Assembly (NCBI GenBank): GCA_021108335.1
Contig: JAIORC010000167.1
Coordinates: 1 to 53,377, forward strand
Source of the DNA: Phycisphaerae bacterium
GTDB taxonomy: Bacteria > Planctomycetota > Phycisphaerae > SM23-33
Reading direction: 5' to 3'
DNA length: 53,377 nucleotides
The position numbers and the translations under genes are program-made. The number at the start of each line of letters is the position of its first letter. The stretch's first letter is position 1. The notes under the pieces were generated by a model that searched no databases, had not been told where the DNA came from, and saw only the letters and a program-made list of their open reading frames with translations. Shown here in pieces: positions 8,512-17,723 of this stretch.

Positions 8512-10584
8512 ATGGCTGACAAAAAAGCATGGACAATCGGAAAGCGGATGGGACTGGGCTTTGGACTGGTATTGACGGCTTTGATTGCCTTGAGCGTGGT
8601 TGCCGTCTACGGCTTGCGGACAATGTCTGGAAACGTGGAGGAAACCATCGATCGCAACCAGGTTCTCGACCAGATCAACAAAGCCGAGATTGCCCATCTG
8701 AACTGGGCGGGTGAGGTTTCGAGCCTGTTGAATGACGATCACATTACCAAGCTGGACGTGCAGCTCGACCCGCACAAATGCGGGTTCGGCAAGTGGTATT
8801 ACGGCGAGGGCCGCAAAAAGGCTGAAAAAAACATTCCCGGTATTGCCAAGGACTTGGCGGACATGGAAAAATGGCACAACCAACTGCATGAAAGCGGTAG
8901 AGAAATCAGAGATGTATTCAGACAGGGCGACGTGAATCTGAGTGCGGAAATACAGAGAATCAAGGGTAAGCATCTATTATGGCGCAACAAGGTTCAGAAT
9001 GTTTTTATTTATTCGTCACTGAAAAAGACGGGGGTCAAGCAGGATCCTCGCACCTGCCATTTCGCGAAATGGTTGTACTCTCCAGAGGCGAAGCAGATGC
9101 GTAAGGAAAATCCCGAACTCGACGCCATCTGCGCCCGCCTCGAAGAACCGCACAACAAAATGCACCTCAGCGCCAAGACCATCGACAAGCTATTGGCCGA
9201 GGGCAAACGCGACGAGGCCTTGGAATACTTCAAAGAACATACCGAAAAATACGCGACTGAGACAGTTAGCCTGATGGAAGATATAGTCGCATGGAACGAC
9301 AAAAACGTTATCGGTATGCAGAAGGCGCAGCACATCTACATCGAGCAGACCCAGCCGGCTCTGGCCAAGGTGCAGGGATACCTGGAGCATATTGGCGAGA
9401 AAGTAGCCGAGGATATCGACAAAACCAACGAGAGCACACTCGTTATGGCTGGGACGTTGAACTGGCTTTGCATTGTCGCAGCGATAGCGGCGACTATTGC
9501 CGGCGTCGTAATTGCCGTGGGAATCGTCCGTGGCGTCAATCGCATTCTCTCCCGGGTTGCCGACAATCTCGGCGACAACGCCCAGCAGGTCTCGTCGGCG
9601 GCGGGGCAGGTTTCATCGGCCAGCCAGTCGTTGGCTGAGGGTTCTTCCGAGCAGGCGGCGGCTGTTGAGGAAACCGCTGCCAGCGTCGAGGAGATATCGG
9701 CGATGGTCAAGCAGAACGCCAAAAATGCCCAGAACGCCAACGAGATGGCCAAGAACAACGCCGCCAGTGCAAATGAGGCCAAGGGCTTGGCGGACTCGGC
9801 TTCCGAGTACTCGGCAAAAGGCCAAACCGCGATGGGCAATCTCGCCGAGGTGGTTGATAACATCAAGACATCTTCCGAGGAGACGGCTGGGATTATCAAG
9901 ACGATCAACGAGATCGCCTTCCAGACGAACTTACTTGCCCTGAACGCAGCGGTCGAGGCTGCCCGTGCCGGCGAGGCGGGCAAGGGATTCGCCGTGGTTG
10001 CCGAGGAAGTACGCAACCTTGCCCAGCGTTCGGCGGAGGCGTCGGGGGATACATCGAGGCTGCTGGAAGAATCGCAGAAGTACGCCGCCAACGGCGTTAC
10101 TGCCTCCAAAGAAGTAGCTGAGATTTTGACGCAAATCGGCGACGTTGCCCAGAAAGTTTCCGTCAACATCGCCGAGGTAGCTGCCGCCAGCGAAGAGCAA
10201 GGCCGCATTACCGACGAGGTCTCCCGTGCCAGCGATGAGCAGGCTGATGGAATCAGCCAGATCAACACCGGCGTAGCCCAGATGGATACCGTTACGCAGT
10301 CCAACGCCGCCAACGCCGAAGAGACGGCATCGGCTTCCGAGGAATTAAGTGCCCAGGCCGAGGAACTCTTCAGCCAGGTCAACCAGTTGAAGGCGCTGGT
10401 AACCGGGGCGTCGGCGGTCGCAGCCAGCCGGTCGGCGACGTTCCAGCCGCAACAGGGTGCTGTTACGCGGCCGGCACAGCCGGCCAGGCCAAAACCGGCG
10501 GCGGTACAGACAAAGACGAAAGCCCAGGAAACTTCACCAGAAGAATCCATCCCCTTTGATGAAAAGGAGTTGGCCAATTTCTGA
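8512..10584 (+). CDS. Methyl-accepting chemotaxis protein with two tandem CZB-like (zinc-binding-type) modules between its two TM segments
   Basis: TM1 at about aa 14-36 and TM2 at about aa 312-335. MCP signalling hairpin [38 protein letters not shown]. Periplasmic region carries two H..W...C.FGKW...H...H motif sets. Confidence 0.9.
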   Translation: MADKKAWTIGKRMGLGFGLVLTALIALSVVAVYGLRTMSGNVEETIDRNQVLDQINKAEIAHLNWAGEVSSLLNDDHITKLDVQLDPHKCGFGKWYYGEGRKKAEKNIPGIAKDLADMEKWHNQLHESGREIRDVFRQGDVNLSAEIQRIKGKHLLWRNKVQNVFIYSSLKKTGVKQDPRTCHFAKWLYSPEAKQMRKENPELDAICARLEEPHNKMHLSAKTIDKLLAEGKRDEALEYFKEHTEKYATETVSLMEDIVAWNDKNVIGMQKAQHIYIEQTQPALAKVQGYLEHIGEKVAEDIDKTNESTLVMAGTLNWLCIVAAIAATIAGVVIAVGIVRGVNRILSRVADNLGDNAQQVSSAAGQVSSASQSLAEGSSEQAAAVEETAASVEEISAMVKQNAKNAQNANEMAKNNAASANEAKGLADSASEYSAKGQTAMGNLAEVVDNIKTSSEETAGIIKTINEIAFQTNLLALNAAVEAARAGEAGKGFAVVAEEVRNLAQRSAEASGDTSRLLEESQKYAANGVTASKEVAEILTQIGDVAQKVSVNIAEVAAASEEQGRITDEVSRASDEQADGISQINTGVAQMDTVTQSNAANAEETASASEELSAQAEELFSQVNQLKALVTGASAVAASRSATFQPQQGAVTRPAQPARPKPAAVQTKTKAQETSPEESIPFDEKELANF
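9583..10450 (+). repeat. MCP signalling-module repeat, copy 1 (paired with 11779-12646)
   Basis: Aligns to copy 2 at a constant offset of 2196 nt with long identical runs. For example, 10258-10402 vs 12454-12598 differ at about 2 positions by eye. Confidence 0.85.
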
Positions 10585-10731
10585 TTTTATATATCGTGCG
10601 GATGGGCGGCATAACGACATCGTAGAGGTCGCCATGCCACCCTAGATTTGAATGTTTTACACGGCAGCCTGTGCGGGCTACCGTGCCGGGATGCAAGTGA
10701 ACGCGGGGCAAATTAACGTAAGGAGAATGCC

Positions 10732-12783
10732 ATGTTCAAGAATATGAAACTCGCAACAAAGTTGGGGCTGGGGTTTGGTGCTGTTGTGTTACTGATGGTG
10801 GCGCTTGGTGTTACCGGTTACATCATGTTTGGCCGGATCGACGCAAACGCGACCGAGTTGAGCGGCCATTATATTCCCGCGGCGAAGTATGCCACCGACG
10901 TGTCGGAGTTGGCCTTGAATTGCCGCCGGGAGGAAAAAAATTACCTGATCAACCATAATGAGAAATATTATCAATTGGCACAGGGGATTCTTGAAAAGCT
11001 GAATGAAGACTTGGGCAAGATAGACAAACTCGCCAATGAATATGACGATACTGCATTGGCGGAACAGTCCAGGCATGCCCGCCATGTCATATCGCAGTAT
11101 GGGCAGCTATTCGAGCAAGCCGTCGTTAACACTAGAGCCAACAAAGTCGCGGCGAAAGCGATGGACGAGAAGGGCCGAATTGTATCCAACGCCGCCCAGA
11201 ACTATGTGAAGGACAAGCAAGAGGAATATAATAAGGCAACAGGGGAGGCGAAAAACAAGTTGCTCAAGGCAAGATCCATCGCCAACATGATCAACCAGAA
11301 CGTCTATCGAACGCGTCTACGCGAGAAGGAATATATCATTCATCCCGATCCGAACACCTGGAAGCGACTTACTAAACACGTAGCCGATTTGAAGCAGGGG
11401 CTGGTTGATTTGCGGAAGATAAGCACCGCCGCTGAAGACATCCAGAAAATTGATGCTGCCACGAAGGGTACAGAAGAATACCTGGCTGCAGCCAAAACAT
11501 GGGTGGCTAACGACCAAAAACTGCACGAGGAAATTCTGCCGAAGATGAAAGACGCCGGTGACGACGCGATGGAAACCGCCGCCAAGGCGGCCGTGGGGGC
11601 GTGGGGACACGCCGACCAAAGCACCGCCGACGTTACTTCCATCATCGCCAGTTCCAACGTGATTATTATTGTGTCGCTTATTATTGGCGTGGTGGTCGGT
11701 ATAAGCCTGGCGGTGGTTATAACCCGCGGAATTACCAGACCGGTTAACCGCATCGTAACGGGGCTTACTGAAGGCGCGCAGCAGACCACGGCGGCTTCGA
11801 CGCAGGTTTCGGCAGCCAGTCAGTCTTTGGCTGAGGGTTCGGCGGAGCAGGCTGCTGCGGTTGAGGAAACCGCTGCCAGTGTCGAGGAGATATCGGCGAT
11901 GGTCAAGCAGACCGCCAAAAACGCCCAGAACGCCAACGAGATGGCCAAGAACAATGCCGCCAACGCCGGCGAGGCGAAGTCTCTGTCGGATTCGGCTTCC
12001 GAATACGCCGGCAAAGGCCAAACCGCGATGAAGAATCTTGGCGAGGTGATCGACAACATCAAGGCGTCTTCCGAGGAGACGGCTGGGATTATCAAGACGA
12101 TCAACGAGATCGCCTTCCAGACGAACCTGCTTGCCCTGAACGCAGCCGTCGAGGCTGCCCGTGCCGGAGAGGCGGGCAAGGGCTTCGCCGTGGTAGCCGA
12201 GGAAGTACGCAATCTCGCACAGCGCTCGGCGGAGGCGTCGGGAGATACGGCGAGGCTGCTGGAAGAGTCGCAGAAATACGCCGCTAACGGTGTAGCGGCG
12301 TCCAAAGAAGTAGCCGATACCCTGACGGAAATCGGCGAAGTCGTCCAGAAGGTTTCCATCAATATCGCCGAGGTAACCGCTGCCAGCGACGAGCAGTCCC
12401 GCCTTACGGATGAAATCGCCCGCGCCAGCGACGAACAGGCAGAGGGAATCAGCCAGATCAACACCGGCGTGGCCCAGATGGATACCGTTACGCAGTCCAA
12501 CGCCGCCAACGCCGAAGAGACGGCATCGGCTTCCGAGGAATTAAGTGCCCAGGCCGAGGAACTCTTCGGCCAGGTCAACCAGTTGAAGGCGCTGGTAAAT
12601 GGGGCGTCGGCAGTCGCGGCCAGCCAGCCGGCGGCGTTCAAGCCGCAACGCGTCGCTACCACGCGGCAGGTACAGTCAGCCAGGAAACCAGCGGCGGCCC
12701 CGAAGAAGACGGCAACACAGCGGTCTTCAGGCGAGCCGGAAGCAATGATTCCCATGGACGACAAGGAGTTGTCAAACTTCTGA
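10732..12783 (+). CDS. Methyl-accepting chemotaxis protein with an all-helical (4HB/HBM-like) periplasmic sensor
   Basis: 683 aa with two TM segments and a helical ~270-aa periplasmic region. The signalling domain is nearly identical to the upstream MCP. AAGGAG RBS. Confidence 0.9.
   Translation: MFKNMKLATKLGLGFGAVVLLMVALGVTGYIMFGRIDANATELSGHYIPAAKYATDVSELALNCRREEKNYLINHNEKYYQLAQGILEKLNEDLGKIDKLANEYDDTALAEQSRHARHVISQYGQLFEQAVVNTRANKVAAKAMDEKGRIVSNAAQNYVKDKQEEYNKATGEAKNKLLKARSIANMINQNVYRTRLREKEYIIHPDPNTWKRLTKHVADLKQGLVDLRKISTAAEDIQKIDAATKGTEEYLAAAKTWVANDQKLHEEILPKMKDAGDDAMETAAKAAVGAWGHADQSTADVTSIIASSNVIIIVSLIIGVVVGISLAVVITRGITRPVNRIVTGLTEGAQQTTAASTQVSAASQSLAEGSAEQAAAVEETAASVEEISAMVKQTAKNAQNANEMAKNNAANAGEAKSLSDSASEYAGKGQTAMKNLGEVIDNIKASSEETAGIIKTINEIAFQTNLLALNAAVEAARAGEAGKGFAVVAEEVRNLAQRSAEASGDTARLLEESQKYAANGVAASKEVADTLTEIGEVVQKVSINIAEVTAASDEQSRLTDEIARASDEQAEGISQINTGVAQMDTVTQSNAANAEETASASEELSAQAEELFGQVNQLKALVNGASAVAASQPAAFKPQRVATTRQVQSARKPAAAPKKTATQRSSGEPEAMIPMDDKELSNF
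11779..12646 (+). repeat. MCP signalling-module repeat, copy 2
   Basis: See copy 1 (9583-10450). Confidence 0.85.
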
Positions 12784-12824
12784 TGTGCTGAAACAGGCAC
12801 TGTATAATTGTAATCTGCATCTAT

Positions 12825-12885
12825 CGCGCGGCGGCCATTCTTGGCCGCCGCGTTGTAATATAGGAAGGCCGCTACTGCTGCGGCG
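12825..12885 (+). terminator. Hairpin pair downstream of the second MCP (putative terminator; first hairpin is a variant of the GCGGCGGCC repeat module)
   Basis: CGCGCGGCGGCCA-TTCT-TGGCCGCCGCG at 12825-12852, then GCCGC-N7-GCGGC followed by GTTTGTGG. Lies 42 nt after the stop codon. Confidence 0.4.
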
Positions 12886-12996
12886 TTTGTGGTTGTGCAT
12901 CATCTTCGCTTGCAAAACGAGAGGTAATTGGCTACATTTCGCGGGCATTAAACAGACTTTAGCTTGGGCAGCTATTTTTTCAGGAACTGAGGTATC

Positions 12997-14865
12997 ATGA
13001 TTTCGTTTAAAATCGAGGCGACTACAGACCGTAACACCATTGGCCAATTTACACTTGAAGCTTTCGCATCCTGTCGGCAGAGCAGTAATGGCATAAGCCT
13101 TCAGTTGGACGGTGAGTTTCCATACAAGGTAACGCTGACGCCGCCGGCGGGCGAGCGGCTCAAGAATATCTCCTATTCCGTTTCGACTGGTTTGAAAAAC
13201 TTTCACCAGGTCATCGTTCCCGATACAGGCCGGGCGTATCCTTCGCAAATGCAGCTTGTTGATTTCTGGGCCAAGAAGATTGGCTCGCGGTTGAACAACA
13301 TTCGTATGCCGCTGTTTCTCCTGACCGGCTCCAATATGCAGACCGATTTTGCTTTCGGCATAATCGGGGAGAATTTCGAGACCGACTTCCTGGTCCACGA
13401 GCCGGCCAAGGACAGGGCGCTGGTTGCCTGGATGAAGCGATTCACAGTCGAAATCAGCCGCGGCACGGAGGACTATCCCATTCCCGAAACCGTCGCCAAG
13501 GCCAATGCCGACGGCTCGATTACCGAGCACATCTACTTTAAGGAAGGCTGTGCGCCCGAGGAGGAAAACTGGCTGCTGACGCTGCGGGACTTCGCCGAAA
13601 AGATGGCCTCGCTGCAAGGCCTTGCCCCGCGCACGACGCAGGACAGCCTGCTGCCATACTGGTGCAGTTGGACCGACTGGCACAGCGATAACGTTACGGA
13701 AGAGGTTATTCTCGACAACATCCGAGAAGGACTGAAGATCGGGATCAAGAATTACATTATCGACGACGGCTGGTTCGGCCCGGGCCTGGACAGCGATTTC
13801 TCCATCGATCTGAATATCGGCGACTGGGAGGAAGACCCGCAAAAGATTCCCGACCTGAAGCGGCTGGTCGACCGGATGCACGAAATGGACACCAATGCCG
13901 TTATCTGGTGCGCCCCGCATGCCGTGGCACCGGACGCAAAATGCTTTCCCGAGCGTAAGCGGTACCTCATCCAGAACGAGCCCGGCGAATACATGATGAC
14001 GCCGAACAAGTTCCATTCGCTGTGTTTCCAGTGCCCCGAATCGCGGGAGATCATGGCTGATATCTGTGCCGGCTTTATCACCCGCTACGGCGTGGACGGG
14101 GCGAAATACGATCTGTTCAACTGCGTCAACGACACTCCTTGCATCAGTGGCGAACACCAGCACGATACGGACTCCGCCATCGAGGGCCTGACCCGGACGC
14201 TGGCGCTCATCGACGAGAAAACCAGAGCGTTGCGGCCTGATTATATCGTCGAATTGAAGCAGAATTACGCTACGCCATGGCTGTACGGCTACGGGACGGT
14301 CGTCCGGGCGGGCGATACCCCGTATAATCCCGAAGGCAACTTCATGCGAACGGCCTACATCAACGCGTATACGCCGTACAGCCTGAACGATTACCAGACA
14401 ATTACCAATTACGACACCCCTGCCGCCGCAGCCGCCATCGCCGTCAAAATGATCGCTGTCGGCATCCCGACATACTCAATCGACCTGGTTGCCCTGAACG
14501 ATACGCACAAGGACATTCTGGGCTGGTATCACCAGTGGTATCAACACAACCTCGAAGACCTGAAGAATTACCGCATTCCGCTGGATCCGCTGTTCTGTTC
14601 GTGGCGGGTTCGCGGCAGGGATGGCGATATTTACTTTCTGGTCAACGGCGAAAACCGGCTGAGTATCACCGAGCCGCGCGATTGCCAGATTGTCAACGGC
14701 ACATTCTGCAAAGAACTGCTGCTGCGATTCGAGAAAAACGTTTCGATGGAAGCGGAAGTCACCAGCATCGGCCAAACGACAGGCCGGCAGAGCACTTACC
14801 GGGATACCAGCCTGGTAAGCATCCCCGTCGACACCGGCGATATCGTAAAGCTGACGATTGTGTAG
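12997..14865 (+). CDS. Glycoside hydrolase, clan GH-D / alpha-galactosidase-like (GH36/GH27-type TIM barrel)
   Basis: 622 aa with NYIIDDGWFG...GDWEEDPQKIPDLKRLVDRMHEMD...IWCAP...GVDGAKYDLFN, matching the DDGW and K-x-D motifs of GH-D enzymes. The family-level call is from memory of these motifs. Confidence 0.6.
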   Translation: MISFKIEATTDRNTIGQFTLEAFASCRQSSNGISLQLDGEFPYKVTLTPPAGERLKNISYSVSTGLKNFHQVIVPDTGRAYPSQMQLVDFWAKKIGSRLNNIRMPLFLLTGSNMQTDFAFGIIGENFETDFLVHEPAKDRALVAWMKRFTVEISRGTEDYPIPETVAKANADGSITEHIYFKEGCAPEEENWLLTLRDFAEKMASLQGLAPRTTQDSLLPYWCSWTDWHSDNVTEEVILDNIREGLKIGIKNYIIDDGWFGPGLDSDFSIDLNIGDWEEDPQKIPDLKRLVDRMHEMDTNAVIWCAPHAVAPDAKCFPERKRYLIQNEPGEYMMTPNKFHSLCFQCPESREIMADICAGFITRYGVDGAKYDLFNCVNDTPCISGEHQHDTDSAIEGLTRTLALIDEKTRALRPDYIVELKQNYATPWLYGYGTVVRAGDTPYNPEGNFMRTAYINAYTPYSLNDYQTITNYDTPAAAAAIAVKMIAVGIPTYSIDLVALNDTHKDILGWYHQWYQHNLEDLKNYRIPLDPLFCSWRVRGRDGDIYFLVNGENRLSITEPRDCQIVNGTFCKELLLRFEKNVSMEAEVTSIGQTTGRQSTYRDTSLVSIPVDTGDIVKLTIV

Positions 14866-14947
14866 AGCACATTAAGTTATCGTGGCCGATATCGGAAAAT
14901 GGAACTTTTAGACAGGAAATTGGTCTGGATGTATATATACTGTTGGC

Positions 14948-15682
14948 ATGGAAAAGGATCCTGTCATCCCAAAAGATCAAGCCGCTTCCGCTCACGAGAA
15001 TCTTGCGGAATTAAGTCGAATTGTCGGTGGGTTGGCCCACGAGATTAAAAACCCCCTTTCCACGATCAATCTGAACCTGAACCTGCTGAGCGAAGACCTC
15101 TGCCGATACGACGACGAAGAGCACCGCCGCCTGGTGCGTCGGCTGGAGCGTGTAAAGGACGAGGCGACCCGCCTCAAGCAGACGCTCAACGACTTTCTCC
15201 GTTATGCCGGCAAGGTCGAGTTGTCGCTGCGGCAGGTTGACCTGCGGGACATAGTCGGCCAATTGCACGATTTTTTCGCCCCGCAGGCCGACGCCGCACG
15301 GATAGTGTTGCGTATATCCGCGCCGGCTGAGGCGGTGCTGTGCAATATAGACGAAAATCTCTTCAAGCAGGCGATGCTGAATCTGCTGATAAACTCCGCC
15401 GATGCCATGGACTCCGGCGGCGAACTGCTGGTGAAAATCGCCCGCGAATCCAGCCATGCCGTCGTGGAGGTAATCGACACCGGCAGCGGTATTGCCGAAG
15501 ACAAGCTGGAATCGATATTCCAGCCTTATTTCTCCACGAAATCCGGCGGAAGCGGGCTTGGGCTTCCAACCGCCCGGCGAATCCTCCGGGAGCACGGCGG
15601 CAGTCTGCGCGTGGAATCCGAAGTTGGCAAAGGCACGCGATTTATCCTCACGCTGCCGCTGGCTGGGGGTGCCCGATCATGA
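14948..15682 (+). CDS. Cytoplasmic histidine kinase consisting only of DHp + HATPase domains (no sensor, no TM)
   Basis: H-box GGLAHEIKNPLS, N-box LLINSADAM, G1 DTGSGI, G2 GGSGLGL. Only about 20 aa precede the H-box. Confidence 0.8.
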   Translation: MEKDPVIPKDQAASAHENLAELSRIVGGLAHEIKNPLSTINLNLNLLSEDLCRYDDEEHRRLVRRLERVKDEATRLKQTLNDFLRYAGKVELSLRQVDLRDIVGQLHDFFAPQADAARIVLRISAPAEAVLCNIDENLFKQAMLNLLINSADAMDSGGELLVKIARESSHAVVEVIDTGSGIAEDKLESIFQPYFSTKSGGSGLGLPTARRILREHGGSLRVESEVGKGTRFILTLPLAGGARS

Positions 15683-15834
15683 CGATTTTGACCCGACAAC
15701 GAAGCCGACGGCAATTGCAGCCGTTCGGAGCAGAAATGAATTTTTAGAGGTTCCCTCATGTAATTTGCAGCTTTACCTTGTGAGGCGGCAAAGTAGTTAT
15801 TACAATTAAAGCGACCTTGAATGGAGTTGTGTTT

Positions 15835-16254
15835 ATGAAATCCTATTTTTGTCAGAAGTGCGGCAGGAGTTACAATCACAACGAATGCCTCCAGGACGGC
15901 TACAGGTTGTACTGCGTGGGTTGCGCGAAGGGAAGAATCGTTATCGCGGGCTGGCCTTTGATTTTAATAGGCATATTCCTGATAGTGATGTCGATAATGG
16001 TTCGGTCCATGCAGAATGCCGGCCGATACTGGATTTTCATCCCGTCCGGCGTTGGCATCTGCCTGGTGGGGCTGCTCAAGATTCTCCAGGAAAAACTCGC
16101 GAGAAAAAATGCCCCGAAAGAGGATCCTCTGGATATGGAAATAAAAATCCCCCAGCAAGGCCAACCCTGCCAGGCGCCTTGCCCGCCGGAAGAACAAAAA
16201 GTGGACGAAAAGGAAAAGGAAGATTCAACCCCAATCGATCCGCCGGTCATGTAG
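15835..16254 (+). CDS. Hypothetical zinc-ribbon membrane protein (CxxC...CxxC, 2 TM, acidic/Pro-rich tail)
   Basis: MKSYFCQKCG...LYCVGCAKG followed by two hydrophobic segments. ATG 15835 has TGGAG 8 nt upstream. Sits between the kinase and the regulator on the same strand. Confidence 0.5.
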   Translation: MKSYFCQKCGRSYNHNECLQDGYRLYCVGCAKGRIVIAGWPLILIGIFLIVMSIMVRSMQNAGRYWIFIPSGVGICLVGLLKILQEKLARKNAPKEDPLDMEIKIPQQGQPCQAPCPPEEQKVDEKEKEDSTPIDPPVM

Positions 16255-16323
16255 CATGCGGGACAGCCGCAACCTTCAAACCCTGATTGACAGAATCGTT
16301 CCGGCAGGGTAATTTCACTCCAC

Positions 16324-17703
16324 ATGGAAGCAAAGGAACAATCCGCAGCGGATATTTTGATTGTCGAGGACGAGGTCGGCCATGCCGAGGCCCTGGAAGA
16401 GGGTCTGTCGCGCGTCGGGCATCGCTGCACAGTCGCGCACGACGGAACCACAGCCGTCGCCAGGCTTGCCGCCGGGTCTTTCGACATCATCGTAACCGAC
16501 CTGATGCTGGGCGACGGCCCGGACGGGTTGGCCGTGCTGGCGGCTGCGAAGGAAAAGGCACCCGCCGCCAAGGTTATTCTCATCACCGCCCACTCGTCCA
16601 TCGACACCTGCCGCCAGGCCCTGCAAAATGGAGCCTTCGACTACATAGAAAAGCCGCTGGACCTCGACGAGTTGCGGGTGGTTGTCGGCAGGGCTGCGGA
16701 AATGACCGCCCAGAAGCGGACCATCGTCGAGCTTCGCGAGCGGCTGGACGAGAAGTTCGGCTTCGACCACATCATCGGGCAATCTGCCGGCATGGTCAAA
16801 GTGCTGGACACCGTCCGCCGCGTCGCCGGGAGCGACATACCCGTGCTGATACTCGGCCAGAGCGGTACGGGCAAGGAACTGCTCGCCGAGGCGATACACC
16901 AGAACTCCCCGCGAGCGGACAAAAAATTCGTCGCCATCAACTGCGCAGGCCTCAGCGAAACGCTGCTGGAAGACGAGCTGTTCGGGCACGTCAAGGGTGC
17001 CTACACCGGCGCGACCGGCGACAGGCCCGGCAGGTTCGAGCATGCCGACGGCGGGACGATGTTCCTGGACGAGGTCGGCGACATGCCCATGTCCATGCAG
17101 GCCAAGCTGCTGCGAGTGCTGGAAAACGGCGAGATCGTCCGCGTCGGCGCCAACGAGCCGGCCCGCGTCAACGTGCGGATTGTCTCTGCCACCAACAGCG
17201 ACCTGGAAGAAAAAGTCCGCAACAAGGAATTCCGCGAAGACCTCTATTTCCGCATCAAGGGAGCGACCATCGAAATTCCCCCGCTCCGCCGGCGGCGGGA
17301 CGATATACCCCTGCTGATCGATTTCTTTATCAATAGGGCCAACGACTCGCACGGTACCAAAATTAAAAGCATTTCCACCGAGGCCCGGCGGATGCTGGTG
17401 GCTTACCCCTGGCCGGGTAATGTCCGCCAACTCCGCAACGTGGTCGAGAACATGGCTGTGCTTGCCAACGGCGATACGCTGACAGTCGAAGACCTGCCGA
17501 CGGAGATTCACTCCCCGCCGGCGGCGGTTACCGACGACCAATTCCGCGACCTCGCCGGCGTCAGCATCGAAGAGGCGGAAAAGCAACTCATCCGCAACAC
17601 GCTGAAACTGGTCGACGGGAAACGGGAAAAGGCCGCCGACATCCTCGGCATCGGCGAACGCACGCTCTATCGAAAGATAAAAGAGTACAACCTGAACGAA
17701 TAG
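16324..17703 (+). CDS. Sigma-54-dependent response regulator (NtrC family: REC + AAA+ + Fis-type HTH)
   Basis: DILIVEDE...DLMLGDG receiver; Walker A GQSGTGKE; GAFTGA-type loop GAYTGA; C-terminal HTH AADILGIGERTLYRKIKEY. Confidence 0.9.
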   Translation: MEAKEQSAADILIVEDEVGHAEALEEGLSRVGHRCTVAHDGTTAVARLAAGSFDIIVTDLMLGDGPDGLAVLAAAKEKAPAAKVILITAHSSIDTCRQALQNGAFDYIEKPLDLDELRVVVGRAAEMTAQKRTIVELRERLDEKFGFDHIIGQSAGMVKVLDTVRRVAGSDIPVLILGQSGTGKELLAEAIHQNSPRADKKFVAINCAGLSETLLEDELFGHVKGAYTGATGDRPGRFEHADGGTMFLDEVGDMPMSMQAKLLRVLENGEIVRVGANEPARVNVRIVSATNSDLEEKVRNKEFREDLYFRIKGATIEIPPLRRRRDDIPLLIDFFINRANDSHGTKIKSISTEARRMLVAYPWPGNVRQLRNVVENMAVLANGDTLTVEDLPTEIHSPPAAVTDDQFRDLAGVSIEEAEKQLIRNTLKLVDGKREKAADILGIGERTLYRKIKEYNLNE

Positions 17704-17723
17704 CCCCGCGGAGCCGAACCCAC

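Noticed and set aside
9336-10577. 413-aa minus-strand ORF antisense to MCP1, and the equivalent 11820-12800 antisense to MCP2
   Set aside because: The A/S-rich mirror image of the Ala/Glu/Gln-rich MCP coiled coil. The MCP frame carries the canonical signalling hairpin.
12772-14163. 463-aa minus-strand ORF opposite the GH-D glycosidase gene
   Set aside because: No motifs, and the frame runs into the MCP terminator region. The plus-strand frame has DDGW/KxD glycosidase motifs and a proper RBS.
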